In this document: piece after piece, positions 46,338 to 57,218 of the stretch
Layout: every line of letters begins with the position of its first letter
Position numbering within the stretch: position 1 is the stretch's first letter
Assembly (NCBI GenBank): GCA_965215605.1
Contig: OZ244070.1
Location: 3,296,001 to 3,360,000 of the forward strand
Direction of reading: 5' to 3'
DNA: 64,000 nt
Origin: an uncultured Candidatus Binatia bacterium
Lineage (GTDB): Bacteria; Desulfobacterota; Binatia; UBA9968; JAJDTQ01
Notes under the pieces: generated by a model
The model's database searches: none
Told to the model about the DNA's origin: nothing
The model's input: only the letters and a program-made list of their open reading frames with translations
Made by a program: the position numbers and the translations under genes

Positions 46338-47420
46338 ATGAGTGAGCAATTCGTCAGCAATCAGGAGATTATCGTGGAGGCGCGGCGCAACCTGCCCCAG
46401 CCCGTGTGGGATTACCTGAGCGGCGGCAGCGAGTCGGAGACCACCATGCGCCGCAACCGGCTGGCCCTGGACTCGCTGGCCCTTCGTCCGCGGGTGCTGG
46501 TGGACGTCTCCGAGGTGGATACTTCCACCACCGTGCTCGGCCACAAGCTGCGCATCCCCGTCATGCTGGCCCCCATCGGATCGCTTCAGCAGATCACCCC
46601 GGAGGGCGCCGTGGCCTCGGCCAAGGCCGCCAACGAGTTCGGCACCGTCAACTTCGTCAGCTCCGTCACCCAGCCCACCCTCGAAGAAACGGCGGCGGCC
46701 ACCCCCTCGGACAAGATATTTCAGCTCTACATCCGCGGCGGCCTGGACTGGGTCGAGGAGATCCTGGGACGGGTCAAGCAGTCGGGCTACAAGGCTCTGT
46801 GCCTCACCGTGGACTCCGCCCACTACAGCAACCGGGAGCGGCAGTTGATGAACCGTTGGCTGCCCCCCAGCAAGCGGCGGGAGGCCGCCAACCAGGACCG
46901 GCTGTGGCAGGCCAAGCTTACCTGGGAGACCATGGACGCCATCAAGGAGATCGGCGGGATGCCGTTCCTCCTCAAGGGCGTGGCCACCGCCGAGGACGCA
47001 ACCATCGCCCTGGAACACGGCGTGGACGTCATCTACATCTCCAACCACGGCGGCCGCCAGCTCGACCACGGGCAGGGGACCATGGACATGCTCCCGGAAG
47101 TCGTGGAAGCCGTGGGCGGCAAGGCCGAGATCATCATCGACGGCGGTTTCCTGAGAGGTACCGACGTGCTGAAGGCGGTGGCCTTGGGCGCCAAGGCCGT
47201 GACCATCGGCAAGCTTCAGGGCTGGGCCCTGGGCGCAGGGGGTTACGAGGGCCTCGTGCGCGCCCTGCAGCTCCTGGAAAACGAGATCGTCATCGCCATG
47301 GGCCTGCTCGGCGTCACCCGCATCGACCAGATCACTCCGGCCCACGTGTGCAAGGCTCAGGCTGCCGCCATGCCGCACGAGATGAGCACCTTCGTCAACC
47401 TGCCGGAGCGGCTGCGGTAG
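46338..47420 (+). CDS. FMN-dependent alpha-hydroxy acid oxidase/dehydrogenase (LldD/MdlB/glycolate oxidase family)
   Basis: Start MSEQF; WDYLSGG, LRPRVL.DVS, FQLY, LTVD, LKGV, SNHGGRQLD, GTDVLKAVALGA. Confidence 0.93.
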   Translation: MSEQFVSNQEIIVEARRNLPQPVWDYLSGGSESETTMRRNRLALDSLALRPRVLVDVSEVDTSTTVLGHKLRIPVMLAPIGSLQQITPEGAVASAKAANEFGTVNFVSSVTQPTLEETAAATPSDKIFQLYIRGGLDWVEEILGRVKQSGYKALCLTVDSAHYSNRERQLMNRWLPPSKRREAANQDRLWQAKLTWETMDAIKEIGGMPFLLKGVATAEDATIALEHGVDVIYISNHGGRQLDHGQGTMDMLPEVVEAVGGKAEIIIDGGFLRGTDVLKAVALGAKAVTIGKLQGWALGAGGYEGLVRALQLLENEIVIAMGLLGVTRIDQITPAHVCKAQAAAMPHEMSTFVNLPERLR

Positions 47421-47451
47421 TCGCGGGACTCCGGACCGCCATGGTCATCCC

Positions 47452-47477
47452 GGCCCCGGATCAGGTCGTCCGGGGCC
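47452..47477. terminator. Hairpin between convergent genes
   Basis: GGCCCCGGA-TCAGGTCG-TCCGGGGCC, a 9-bp stem. Confidence 0.5.
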
Positions 47478-47480
47478 CCT

Positions 47481-48905
47481 CTACGCGCGGCGTCCCCTGC
47501 CTCCGCGCAACAGCGAGCACGCTACCGCCGCCAGTGCGATGCCCGTGGTGACCAGGAACGTGTCCTGAAGGGCCAGCACGAAGTGCGCCCGGTCGGCGGC
47601 CGCGGGGAGCGCGTCGGGAACGCCGGAGTGCATGCGGAAGGCCACGGTCATGAGGAAGTTCCCCACGGTGATGCCGAAGACGTTTCCCAAGCCGAACATG
47701 GTGTAGAGGGTTCCGGTGGCCACGCCCCGGTGCTCCAACGGCACGGACGATATCAGCGCCGTGTGGTTGGGCGGGAAGAAGAGGGCGCTGCCCAGTCCAC
47801 CCAGGGCCAGCACCAGCGTCGGCAGCATCCAGTGCGAGCCCGCCTCGAAGAAGACGCCCAGCAGCGATCCTCCGGCGAACAGCACGGCGCCCGCGGTGGC
47901 GGGTATTTTCGGCCCCACCTTGTCGGAGAGGATGCCGGCCACCGGCGACAATCCGGCAGTGAAGATCGGCGCGCTGAGGAACAGGATGCCCATGAACGAG
48001 GGGGACAGCCCCAATACGTCCTGCAGGTAGAACGGCACCAGGTAGACGTGCAGGGTGTTGACGACGGAGACCAGCAGCATCGCCACCGTGCTGAACGCGA
48101 ACATCCGGATCCGGAACAGCGTCAGGTTCAGGATCGGGCTCGCGGCCTGGCTCTCGCGCCACAGGAATCCCGCTGCCAATGCCGCGAACGCCGCAACCGC
48201 GCCGGCGCGCCAGGCGGGAGCAAGGGCTTCCATGACCTGGCGGTCCAGGATGGCCATCAACGCCAGGGTGACGGCCACCAGCAGCCCGGCGCCGAGATAG
48301 TCGATGGCCGGCCGGCCGTTCCCGGAGCGGTCGGTGACGGCGCTCTCCCGGCGCCGACGGAAACCCAGCCCCAAGGCGGTGGCGACGGCTCCCAGGGGGA
48401 CCAGGAAGAAGAAGACGCCGCGCCAGTGGATGTACTGGATGATGAACCCGCCCAGCCCCGGGCCCAGGAGAAAGCCGCCATGGTGCGCCGTGGTCATGTA
48501 CCCCTGCACGCGTCCCCTGGACTCCTCGTTGGAGGCATCCATGGCCAGGGCGCGGCCCTGGGCCTGCATCATGGCGGCGCCGACGCCCTGGAGAACGCGG
48601 TAGACGATGAGCTGCAGGATGTTGCCGGACAGGCCGCACAACAACGAGCTTGCGGTGAAGAGCACGATGCCCCAGATGTAGACGGTCTGGCGTCCGTACA
48701 CGTCCCCCACGCGCCCGAAGACCAGGGACAGCGCAGCGGTGGCCAGTTGGAAGGAGATCAGCGCCCAAGAGATGCCGACCATGTCGGTCTCCAGGCCGGC
48801 GGCCACGGTCGGCAGCGAGATGGCGAAGATGCGGCTGGCGGTGCCGGTCGTGAAGGTGACGAGCAGGGCCGTGGCCAGCAGCAGGGCGTTGCCGCGGGAT
48901 GTCAT
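47481..48905 (-). CDS. MFS transporter, DHA2 (EmrB/QacA-like, 14 TM)
   Basis: Motif A GRVGDVYGRQ, RVLQGVGAA, GPGLGGFI, WRGVFF, PFYLQ.VLGLSP. Confidence 0.92.
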   Translation of the reverse strand: MTSRGNALLLATALLVTFTTGTASRIFAISLPTVAAGLETDMVGISWALISFQLATAALSLVFGRVGDVYGRQTVYIWGIVLFTASSLLCGLSGNILQLIVYRVLQGVGAAMMQAQGRALAMDASNEESRGRVQGYMTTAHHGGFLLGPGLGGFIIQYIHWRGVFFFLVPLGAVATALGLGFRRRRESAVTDRSGNGRPAIDYLGAGLLVAVTLALMAILDRQVMEALAPAWRAGAVAAFAALAAGFLWRESQAASPILNLTLFRIRMFAFSTVAMLLVSVVNTLHVYLVPFYLQDVLGLSPSFMGILFLSAPIFTAGLSPVAGILSDKVGPKIPATAGAVLFAGGSLLGVFFEAGSHWMLPTLVLALGGLGSALFFPPNHTALISSVPLEHRGVATGTLYTMFGLGNVFGITVGNFLMTVAFRMHSGVPDALPAAADRAHFVLALQDTFLVTTGIALAAVACSLLRGGRGRRA

Positions 48906-49038
48906 GTTGAATCGTGGGCGAGTGGTGAAGTAAGAAACAAGACACAGTAGCTAGCAGATCGAGGGATGCGGCGCGAGAAGCGGGGCATGGCCGCCGCGTA
49001 GGACTCCGATGCCGCCGCGCCCCCCCGAGAGAACGGGA

Positions 49039-52017
49039 ATGAGTCGAAAAATTCTGACCGCGGTCCTGACCGTCTCAATCGCCATGGCCGCGTCCGCACT
49101 CTTCGCCCCGGCGGGCTTCGGCCAGACGCCGCCCGGAGCGGCAGACCCGGCGGGGCTCCCGCGGACGGACCCGTCCGTGGAGGGGCCGCCGGCTCGCCAG
49201 GAGACCCGGCCCGCCGAGGATCCTCAACGCGCGCCGGACCCTCGGCCCGCGCGGACACCGCCCGCCGCGGATGAACCCGCCGCTGCCGGCCCGCCCGCGC
49301 CACGCCCCGCGCCGGACACCGCCGTAAGCATCGACTTCGAGGAAGAGGTGCTCAACGACCGCATCGCGATTCTCGAGCGGCGCCTGACCGAGACCCTGTC
49401 ACGGGTCGAAAGCCTGCTCATGACCCTCGAGCTCGATGTGCTGAAGGTGCAGAAGGACACCCTGGCGCGCCGCCGGGAGTTGACGAGCGTGAGCAGGGAG
49501 CTTTCGGAGCAGGAACGCCTCACGGCCCAGGATATCCGCAACAAGGAACGTCTCGTCGACCTGGTGGAGCGCTACGGCGCGGGGGACTGGGTGGCGCGCC
49601 ACATCAAGGTGGAGCTCGAGAAGTTCCGCCACCGGGCGCAACGGAATCCCGGGCTGTCCGCCGATCAGGAGCCGTTGGGCCGGCGCCTTCGCGAGTACCG
49701 GCAGACACTGTTCGAGCTGGGCACGCGGCTGTTCCGGGTGGATGCCGAAGCCGGGGACTACGCCCGGGCGCTCGCCGCGAACGGGCAGCCGTCGCCGGCG
49801 GTGAGATCCCGCCTCGACCGCCTCATCGAGGATCGCAAGGAGGCGCTGCAGGCCCAGGAGCGCGTGCTCTCGGAGTTGGCGGACCGCGCCGCCCGCTTGC
49901 TGGATCTCAAGCGTCGGCGTGAAGATCAGTTGCAGAGCCTGTACACGCTGGTCCTGGACCGGATGCTGTGGCTGCGGAACCGCGAACCCCTGGGGCTGTT
50001 CCCGCCCAACTGGGCGCTCGTCGGCCAGGCGGTGGACGGCGGCGTCGGTCTGCTGGGGCGTGTCTACGGGTGGCTTCTTCGGGAACGGCAAATGGCCGAG
50101 ATCCGGTTCACCGGCTCGTCCTGGCCGTGGGCCGCGGCCGCGCTGGTCTTCGGCCTGATGCCGTGGTTGGCCGCGAGGGCGGGCTGGTTCCTCCGGGAGC
50201 GGCTTGCCCGCCACCGTGCGCGCGGGCTCGAGGTGCCGGCGCATCGGGTGGCGTTGCTGCTGGCCGTCCAGGCCGCGGTATGGCCCGTCTACATCGTCCT
50301 CGCGGTCCTGGCCCTGCCGCAGTTGGGGCTGTCCCAGAACGACTCCCTCGGTCCGGCGCTGGCCGGCGCCTTGCAATTCGCCGCGCTGGTCTTGTGGGCG
50401 GGACTCTTCGGCGATGGGGTCTTCCGTCCGGACGGCCATGGCGAGCGCCGCTGGGGCATGGCTCCGGAAGCCGGTCGATGGCTTCGGGGAGCGGTCCTGG
50501 CGCTATCCGTCGCCGCGTTCGTGCTGCTGATACCGCGTTACGTGCTGCTCAACGCTCCCGGAGAGGACGTGGGGGCGAGCCTGGCGCTGGCGCGTCTCCT
50601 GATGATCGCCTTCGCCCTGGTGGTGCTGGCGCTGGCGGCGGTGGGATGCAGCCGGAGAAGCGCGGTCATGGGGTCGGCCCTCCGCGCCAGCCGTTCGCAG
50701 GACGGCTTCCTGTGGTCGGTGTGGCCCTTGGCGCATCTGGTGGTGGTGGCGGTGCTCGCCGGCATCATCGCCCTGAATTTCGCCGGCTATCAGTACGCGT
50801 CGCAGTTCGTCTGGCAGAGGATCATGGGAACCGGACTCCTGGCCCTCGCGGTGCTGTTGGTGTCCTTCTATGTGAAGGGCGCGGTCCGTGCGGTGTGGCA
50901 AAAGGCGGCGGCGAGGCTGGGCGCTCCGGAAGCGAGGGAGGACGCCGCCGGCCCCGCGCGCGGCGCCCTGTTGCGGGTGCTGGTGGACCTGCCGCTGTGG
51001 CTTCTGGCCGCGGCCGTGTTGCTGGAGATCTGGGGCGTCTCGGTGGCGGAGTTTCTCGGCACCCCCGCGGGCGCCACGGTGCTGGCGAGGGGGGCGTTGA
51101 TCGTGCTGGTGGTGGCGGTCGGCGTGGCCGTGGTGCGGCTCAGCAACGCCACCGTGCAGTCGCTCCTGCGCCCCAGGGTCCTGGACCGGGTGGGCAGCCC
51201 GGAGGCGGGGAGAAAGCTCCAGACCCTTGCGCCGCTGGCGCAAACGGCGGTCAAGCTGATGGTGTTCCTGCTGGGCCTTCTCCTGATCCTGCAACTTGCC
51301 GGCATCGAGGTGGGTCCGCTGCTGGCGGGCATCGGGATATTCGGATTGGCGGTGGGTTTCGCCGCCCAGTCCCTTATCAAGGACATCATCAACGGCCTTT
51401 TCATCCTCACCGAGGGCAGCGTGGGCGCCGGCGACGTGGTGGATGTCGGCGGAGTCACCGGCACGGTGGAGAAGGTTACCCTGCGGTCCGTGCGCATCCG
51501 CGACCTGAGCGGCAACGTGCACTTCGTGCCCAACAGCACCATCGAGCACGTGGAGAACAAGACCAAGGACTACTCCCGCTACCTGATGGACGTGGGAGTG
51601 GGCTATCGCGAGGACACCGACGAGGTGGTGGCGGTGATGAGGGAAGTGGACGAGGCCATGCGCCAGGAGCCGCAGTATCGCCGGGACATGCTGGAGCCCA
51701 TCGAGATCATGGGCGTGGACCGGTTCGAGGATTCCGCGGTGATCGTGCGCGCGCGGCTCAAGACCCGGCCGGTGCAGCAGTGGCGGATCGGCCGCGAGTA
51801 CAACCGGCGTCTCAAGAAGGCGTTCGACGAGCGCAACATCGAGATACCCTTCCCGCACCGCACCGTCTACTGGGGCGAGACCAAGCAGGGGCAGCCGCCG
51901 CTGCAGGTGGAGACCCGGCGCGGTGAGGTTGTTACGGAGGCCGGCGCAACGGACGCGCCCGAGACGGGAAACAAGGAGGAGACCCTTGGCACGAAGCAGC
52001 TCAAGACTGAGCCTTGA
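49039..52017 (+). CDS. Large MscS-family mechanosensitive channel (MscK/YbiO-like)
   Basis: Signal peptide, Pro-rich linker, coiled periplasmic domain and multi-TM region; AGIGIFGLAVGFAAQSLIKD, GTVEKVTLRS, VPNS, IEIPFP. Confidence 0.92.
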   Translation: MSRKILTAVLTVSIAMAASALFAPAGFGQTPPGAADPAGLPRTDPSVEGPPARQETRPAEDPQRAPDPRPARTPPAADEPAAAGPPAPRPAPDTAVSIDFEEEVLNDRIAILERRLTETLSRVESLLMTLELDVLKVQKDTLARRRELTSVSRELSEQERLTAQDIRNKERLVDLVERYGAGDWVARHIKVELEKFRHRAQRNPGLSADQEPLGRRLREYRQTLFELGTRLFRVDAEAGDYARALAANGQPSPAVRSRLDRLIEDRKEALQAQERVLSELADRAARLLDLKRRREDQLQSLYTLVLDRMLWLRNREPLGLFPPNWALVGQAVDGGVGLLGRVYGWLLRERQMAEIRFTGSSWPWAAAALVFGLMPWLAARAGWFLRERLARHRARGLEVPAHRVALLLAVQAAVWPVYIVLAVLALPQLGLSQNDSLGPALAGALQFAALVLWAGLFGDGVFRPDGHGERRWGMAPEAGRWLRGAVLALSVAAFVLLIPRYVLLNAPGEDVGASLALARLLMIAFALVVLALAAVGCSRRSAVMGSALRASRSQDGFLWSVWPLAHLVVVAVLAGIIALNFAGYQYASQFVWQRIMGTGLLALAVLLVSFYVKGAVRAVWQKAAARLGAPEAREDAAGPARGALLRVLVDLPLWLLAAAVLLEIWGVSVAEFLGTPAGATVLARGALIVLVVAVGVAVVRLSNATVQSLLRPRVLDRVGSPEAGRKLQTLAPLAQTAVKLMVFLLGLLLILQLAGIEVGPLLAGIGIFGLAVGFAAQSLIKDIINGLFILTEGSVGAGDVVDVGGVTGTVEKVTLRSVRIRDLSGNVHFVPNSTIEHVENKTKDYSRYLMDVGVGYREDTDEVVAVMREVDEAMRQEPQYRRDMLEPIEIMGVDRFEDSAVIVRARLKTRPVQQWRIGREYNRRLKKAFDERNIEIPFPHRTVYWGETKQGQPPLQVETRRGEVVTEAGATDAPETGNKEETLGTKQLKTEP

Positions 52018-52423
52018 ACAGGCAACGATCATCGTCGACGAAACCCTGGCCCAGGCCCGCAAGCTGGACCTCAGGCCCATGGCCGTCGCCGTGCTCGACG
52101 ACGGCGGTCACTTGAAGGCTTTCAAGCGCGAGGACGGCGCCAGCATCCTGCGTCCCCAGATCGCCATCGGCAAGGCCTGGGGCTCCCTGGGCATGGGCGG
52201 CTCCAGCCGCTCCATCGCCGACCGCCTCAACGAGCGCCCGACGTTCCTCGCGGCCCTCACCGCGCTGGCCGACGGCAAGGTCGTTCCCGCCGCCGGCGGT
52301 CTGTTGATCCGTGACGGCGACGACGTCGTGGGGGCCGTGGGCGTCAGCGGTGGCAGCTCCGACGAGGACGAGGACATCGCCAGGGCGGGGGTGGCCGCGG
52401 CGGGGCTGGACTGCTTCGACTGA
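51986..52423 (+). CDS. GlcG/HbpS family heme-binding protein
   Basis: TTG start with AGGAGG RBS, overlapping the 3' end of the channel gene; AVAVLDDGG, REDGA, IAIGKA, GAVGVSGG...D..IA.AG. Confidence 0.9.
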   Translation: MARSSSRLSLEQATIIVDETLAQARKLDLRPMAVAVLDDGGHLKAFKREDGASILRPQIAIGKAWGSLGMGGSSRSIADRLNERPTFLAALTALADGKVVPAAGGLLIRDGDDVVGAVGVSGGSSDEDEDIARAGVAAAGLDCFD

Positions 52424-52526
52424 CGCGGCACTCTCCACGGGGCCTTCGCCCCGCCGACCCTGGACGCTCGGAGGTCTATTGTCTATATTGAGGGGCTCAC
52501 CACACACAGTTCAGGAGGCACTTTCT

Positions 52527-53723
52527 ATGGCTGACAACGGTAAAGAGAAATGGCAGGAGCCCACGGGCGAGATGCAGAAGGCGGGTTACGGGAAGTTTCT
52601 TCGGCCCAACACCCCTTATGACACCTTCATGGAAGAGCAGGAGATCCCCATTTACCGGGACATCGGCGTGGAGAAGGTCCAGAACCTGCCCAGGAAGATG
52701 TGGAAGCATCTGGGCGGAAACGCCAGCTTCATCCAGCTCCTGGGGACCGAAGGGCTGTGGGGTTCCTACGTGGTGGAGGTTCCCGGCGCCGGGGCCCTCA
52801 ATGCCGAGAAGCACCTGTACGAGGAGCAGTATTTCGTGGTCGAGGGCCGCGGCACCACGGAGGTCTGGGCGGAGGGTAGTGACAAGAAGCACACCTTCGA
52901 GTGGCAGCAGGGTTCGCTGTTCGCCATCCCGATGAACGCCACGCACCGGATCGTCAACGCCACCTCCAGCCCGGCGCTGCTGCTGGCCGGCACCACCGCG
53001 CCCAACATCATGAACCTGTTCAACAACACGGACTTCATCTTCAACTGTCCTTACACCTTCACCGACCGCTACGAGGAGACCGAAGACTACTACAAGCCCA
53101 ACGAAGAGATCGAGCCGGATCCGGTGCGCGGGCTGGCCATGCGCCAGACCAACATCATCCCGGACATCGTCACCTGCGAGCTGCCGCTGGACAACCGCCG
53201 CTCGCCCGGCTACCGCCGCATCGAGCCCCACATGGTGGGCAACAGCTTCTACCTCTGGATCGGCCAGCACGAGACCGGCCGCTACTCCAAGGCCCACGCC
53301 CACGGCTCCGCCGCGGTGCTCATCTGCGTCAAGGGCAAGGGCTACACCTACACCTGGCCCTCCACCCTGGGCCCCACGCCGTGGAAGGACGGCAAGGCGG
53401 AAGGGGTGCGGCGGCAGGACTACGAGCCCGTCGGCATGGTGAGCGCGGCCCCCATGGGCGGCAACTGGTTCCATGCCCACTTCGGCGTGAGCGCGGAGCC
53501 GTTGCGCCTGTCGGCGTGGTTCGGCCCCAACGCCCCCGGACGCGAGCGTGGCCGGCCGGGTGAGAAGGCCATCGACTACGGCGCCATCGAGATCAAGGAC
53601 GGCGGCACCGCCATCGCCTATCGGGACGAGGATCCGTTCCTGCGCAAGGAGTTCGAAGAGACTCTGGCCAAGGAGGGGATGAAGTCCAAGATGCCCGGCG
53701 AGATCTATCAGCCGGAAGCGTAG
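52527..53723 (+). CDS. Bicupin protein (gentisate 1,2-dioxygenase-like fold), function unknown
   Basis: Start MADNGK with AGGAGG RBS; two cupin motifs, EKHLYEE.YFVVEGRG...IP.NATH and KAHAH...KGKGYT...WFHAHF. Confidence 0.85.
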   Translation: MADNGKEKWQEPTGEMQKAGYGKFLRPNTPYDTFMEEQEIPIYRDIGVEKVQNLPRKMWKHLGGNASFIQLLGTEGLWGSYVVEVPGAGALNAEKHLYEEQYFVVEGRGTTEVWAEGSDKKHTFEWQQGSLFAIPMNATHRIVNATSSPALLLAGTTAPNIMNLFNNTDFIFNCPYTFTDRYEETEDYYKPNEEIEPDPVRGLAMRQTNIIPDIVTCELPLDNRRSPGYRRIEPHMVGNSFYLWIGQHETGRYSKAHAHGSAAVLICVKGKGYTYTWPSTLGPTPWKDGKAEGVRRQDYEPVGMVSAAPMGGNWFHAHFGVSAEPLRLSAWFGPNAPGRERGRPGEKAIDYGAIEIKDGGTAIAYRDEDPFLRKEFEETLAKEGMKSKMPGEIYQPEA

Positions 53724-53732
53724 GGACCTCTC

Positions 53733-55229
53733 GTGGCGGACGCAGGATCGCTCGGTTTCACCGGTTCCGGCAGACACATCGTTGATGAAGACGAGATCAA
53801 GCTCACCAGCGTGGGCGTGGACATCGGTTCGTCCACCTCCCACCTGGTGTTCTCGCGACTCGAGCTGAGTCAGGAAGGCACCCGTTACATCGTCAAGAAG
53901 CGGACGGTGCTGAGCGAATCGGAGATTCTGCTCACCCCCTACACCGATGATCTGACCATCGACGTGGAGCGCCTGGGGCACTTCATCAACGAACAGTACG
54001 GGCATGCGCAACTCAAGCGGGAGGACGTCGACACCGGCGCGCTGATCCTGACCGGCGTGGCGGTGCGCCGGCGCAACTCACGGGCCATCGCCGAGTTGTT
54101 CGCCGAAGAGGCGGGCCGGTTCGTATCGGTCACCGCCGGCGACGGGCTGGAGACCACCATGGCGGCCCACGGCTCCGGGGCGGTGGCCCGCTCCGGCCGG
54201 GAAGACGCGGTGGTGCTGAACATCGACGTTGGCGGCGGCACCAGCAAGATCGCGGTGTGCGCGGGCGGCAAGGTGCGCGAGGTCACGGCCATCGACGTGG
54301 GCGCCCGGCTCCTGGCCATGGACGGAGGCAATGCCGTGGTGCGGGTCGAAGAGGCCGGCCGGCGCCACGGCGGCGCGGTGGGCGTCGACCTGGAACTGGG
54401 CCAGCTCATGAACGAGGACACGCTCCAGGCCATCGCTTCGGAGATGGCCGACCGCCTGTTCGAGGTGGTCAACCAGCAGGATCTCACCGAGGAGACTCGC
54501 GATCTGCTGCGGCTGCCGCCGCTTTCGTACCGGGGCAAGATCGACGCGGTGACCTTTTCCGGCGGCGTCTCCGAGTTCATCTACGGTCACGCCGGCAACG
54601 GTTTCGGCGACATGGGAGCGATGCTGGGCCGGGAGATCCGCCAGCGGGTGGAAGGCCTGGGCGTTCCGATTCTGGAGCCCTCGGCGCGCATCCGCGCCAC
54701 CGTCATCGGCGCGTCCCAGTACACCATCCAGGTCAGCGGCAGCACCATCTTCATTTCGCCGCCGGACGCGGTGCCGGTCAGGAACGTTCCGGTGATCAGC
54801 ATCGACTTCCGGTGGGACGACGACATCGACCCCGCCAAGGTCATCGCCGCCATCGACAACGCGCTGCGGCGGTTGGACCTGCAAACGGGCCGCCAGCCGG
54901 TGGCGCTGGCGTTCCACTGGCAGGGGTCGGCCACCTTTGCCCGCCTGCAGGCCTTCTGCGGCGCCGTGGTGGAGGGCCTGAAGCCGGTGCTCGACAAGGG
55001 CCATCCGCTTATCCTGGTGAACGACGGCGACATCGGCGGCATCCTGGGGCTTCACTTCAAGGAGGAGATCAAGCTCGACAAGCCCATCATCTCGGTGGAC
55101 GGCATCGTGCTGCAGGAGTTCGACTACATCGACGTGGGCGCGCTGATCCCTTCCTCGGGGGCGGTGCCCGTGGTCATCAAATCCCTCGTCTTTCCCGGCG
55201 CGGAGCAGAACGCGGCCATCCGGCAGTAG
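53733..55229 (+). CDS. EutA-like (ethanolamine ammonia-lyase reactivase family) ASKHA ATPase
   Basis: [73 protein letters not shown]. Confidence 0.88.
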   Translation: MADAGSLGFTGSGRHIVDEDEIKLTSVGVDIGSSTSHLVFSRLELSQEGTRYIVKKRTVLSESEILLTPYTDDLTIDVERLGHFINEQYGHAQLKREDVDTGALILTGVAVRRRNSRAIAELFAEEAGRFVSVTAGDGLETTMAAHGSGAVARSGREDAVVLNIDVGGGTSKIAVCAGGKVREVTAIDVGARLLAMDGGNAVVRVEEAGRRHGGAVGVDLELGQLMNEDTLQAIASEMADRLFEVVNQQDLTEETRDLLRLPPLSYRGKIDAVTFSGGVSEFIYGHAGNGFGDMGAMLGREIRQRVEGLGVPILEPSARIRATVIGASQYTIQVSGSTIFISPPDAVPVRNVPVISIDFRWDDDIDPAKVIAAIDNALRRLDLQTGRQPVALAFHWQGSATFARLQAFCGAVVEGLKPVLDKGHPLILVNDGDIGGILGLHFKEEIKLDKPIISVDGIVLQEFDYIDVGALIPSSGAVPVVIKSLVFPGAEQNAAIRQ

Positions 55230-55282
55230 GCCATGGATCGCGGAGCTTGAGCCGGCGCCTCGTTGGGAGTAGAGGACGAGTC

Positions 55283-56656
<1,374 letters not shown>

Positions 56657-56721
56657 CTCCTCGGCCACACCAACGCATCCCCGCCCGTGGCAGGCGCCCG
56701 CCGGATCAATGGAACGGCCGG

Positions 56722-57144
56722 CTACCAGGCGAAGTTCCCGTCGTCGTCGAGCGGCGAGAAGGGATTCCAGGCGACTTCCCACAGATGTCCGTCAGGATCC
56801 TTGAAGTAGCCCGAGTGGCCGCCCCAGAAGACATCCTGCGCCGCCTTGACGATCATTCCGCCGGCGCGTTCCGCTTCGTCGAGCACCGTGGCGACGTCCT
56901 CGCGCGCGCGGACATTGTAGGCCAGGGTCACCGCACCGGTGGCGGCGCCGTCGCCCTGAAGTCCGATGTCCTCGGCGAGTCTGTCGCGGGGATAGAGGGC
57001 AAAACCGACTCCGTTGAGCGTGAAGCAGACGATGGACTCGGCGTTTTCTTCGCTGGCGACATGCCAGCCGAGCGACTCGTAGAATGCCCGGGCGCGCGGC
57101 AGGTCGCCGACGCCCAGGGTGACGATGCTGATGCGTTGGTCCAT
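56722..57144 (-). CDS. VOC/glyoxalase family protein
   Basis: ISIVTLGV.DL.RA..FYE.LGW; WGGHSGYFKDPDGHLWEVAWNP. Confidence 0.93.
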   Translation of the reverse strand: MDQRISIVTLGVGDLPRARAFYESLGWHVASEENAESIVCFTLNGVGFALYPRDRLAEDIGLQGDGAATGAVTLAYNVRAREDVATVLDEAERAGGMIVKAAQDVFWGGHSGYFKDPDGHLWEVAWNPFSPLDDDGNFAW

Positions 57145-57218
57145 GAGGTGTCCTCCTTGGGGCCGGCTTGGCCGGGAAGCCCAGGCGGTTCCTGCGCAAC
57201 GGGCGCCCGGACAGGAAA

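Noticed and set aside
53733-55229. Ethanolamine utilisation (eut) locus; gene symbol eutA
   Set aside because: No eutB, eutC or shell genes in the window; family membership alone does not establish the function.
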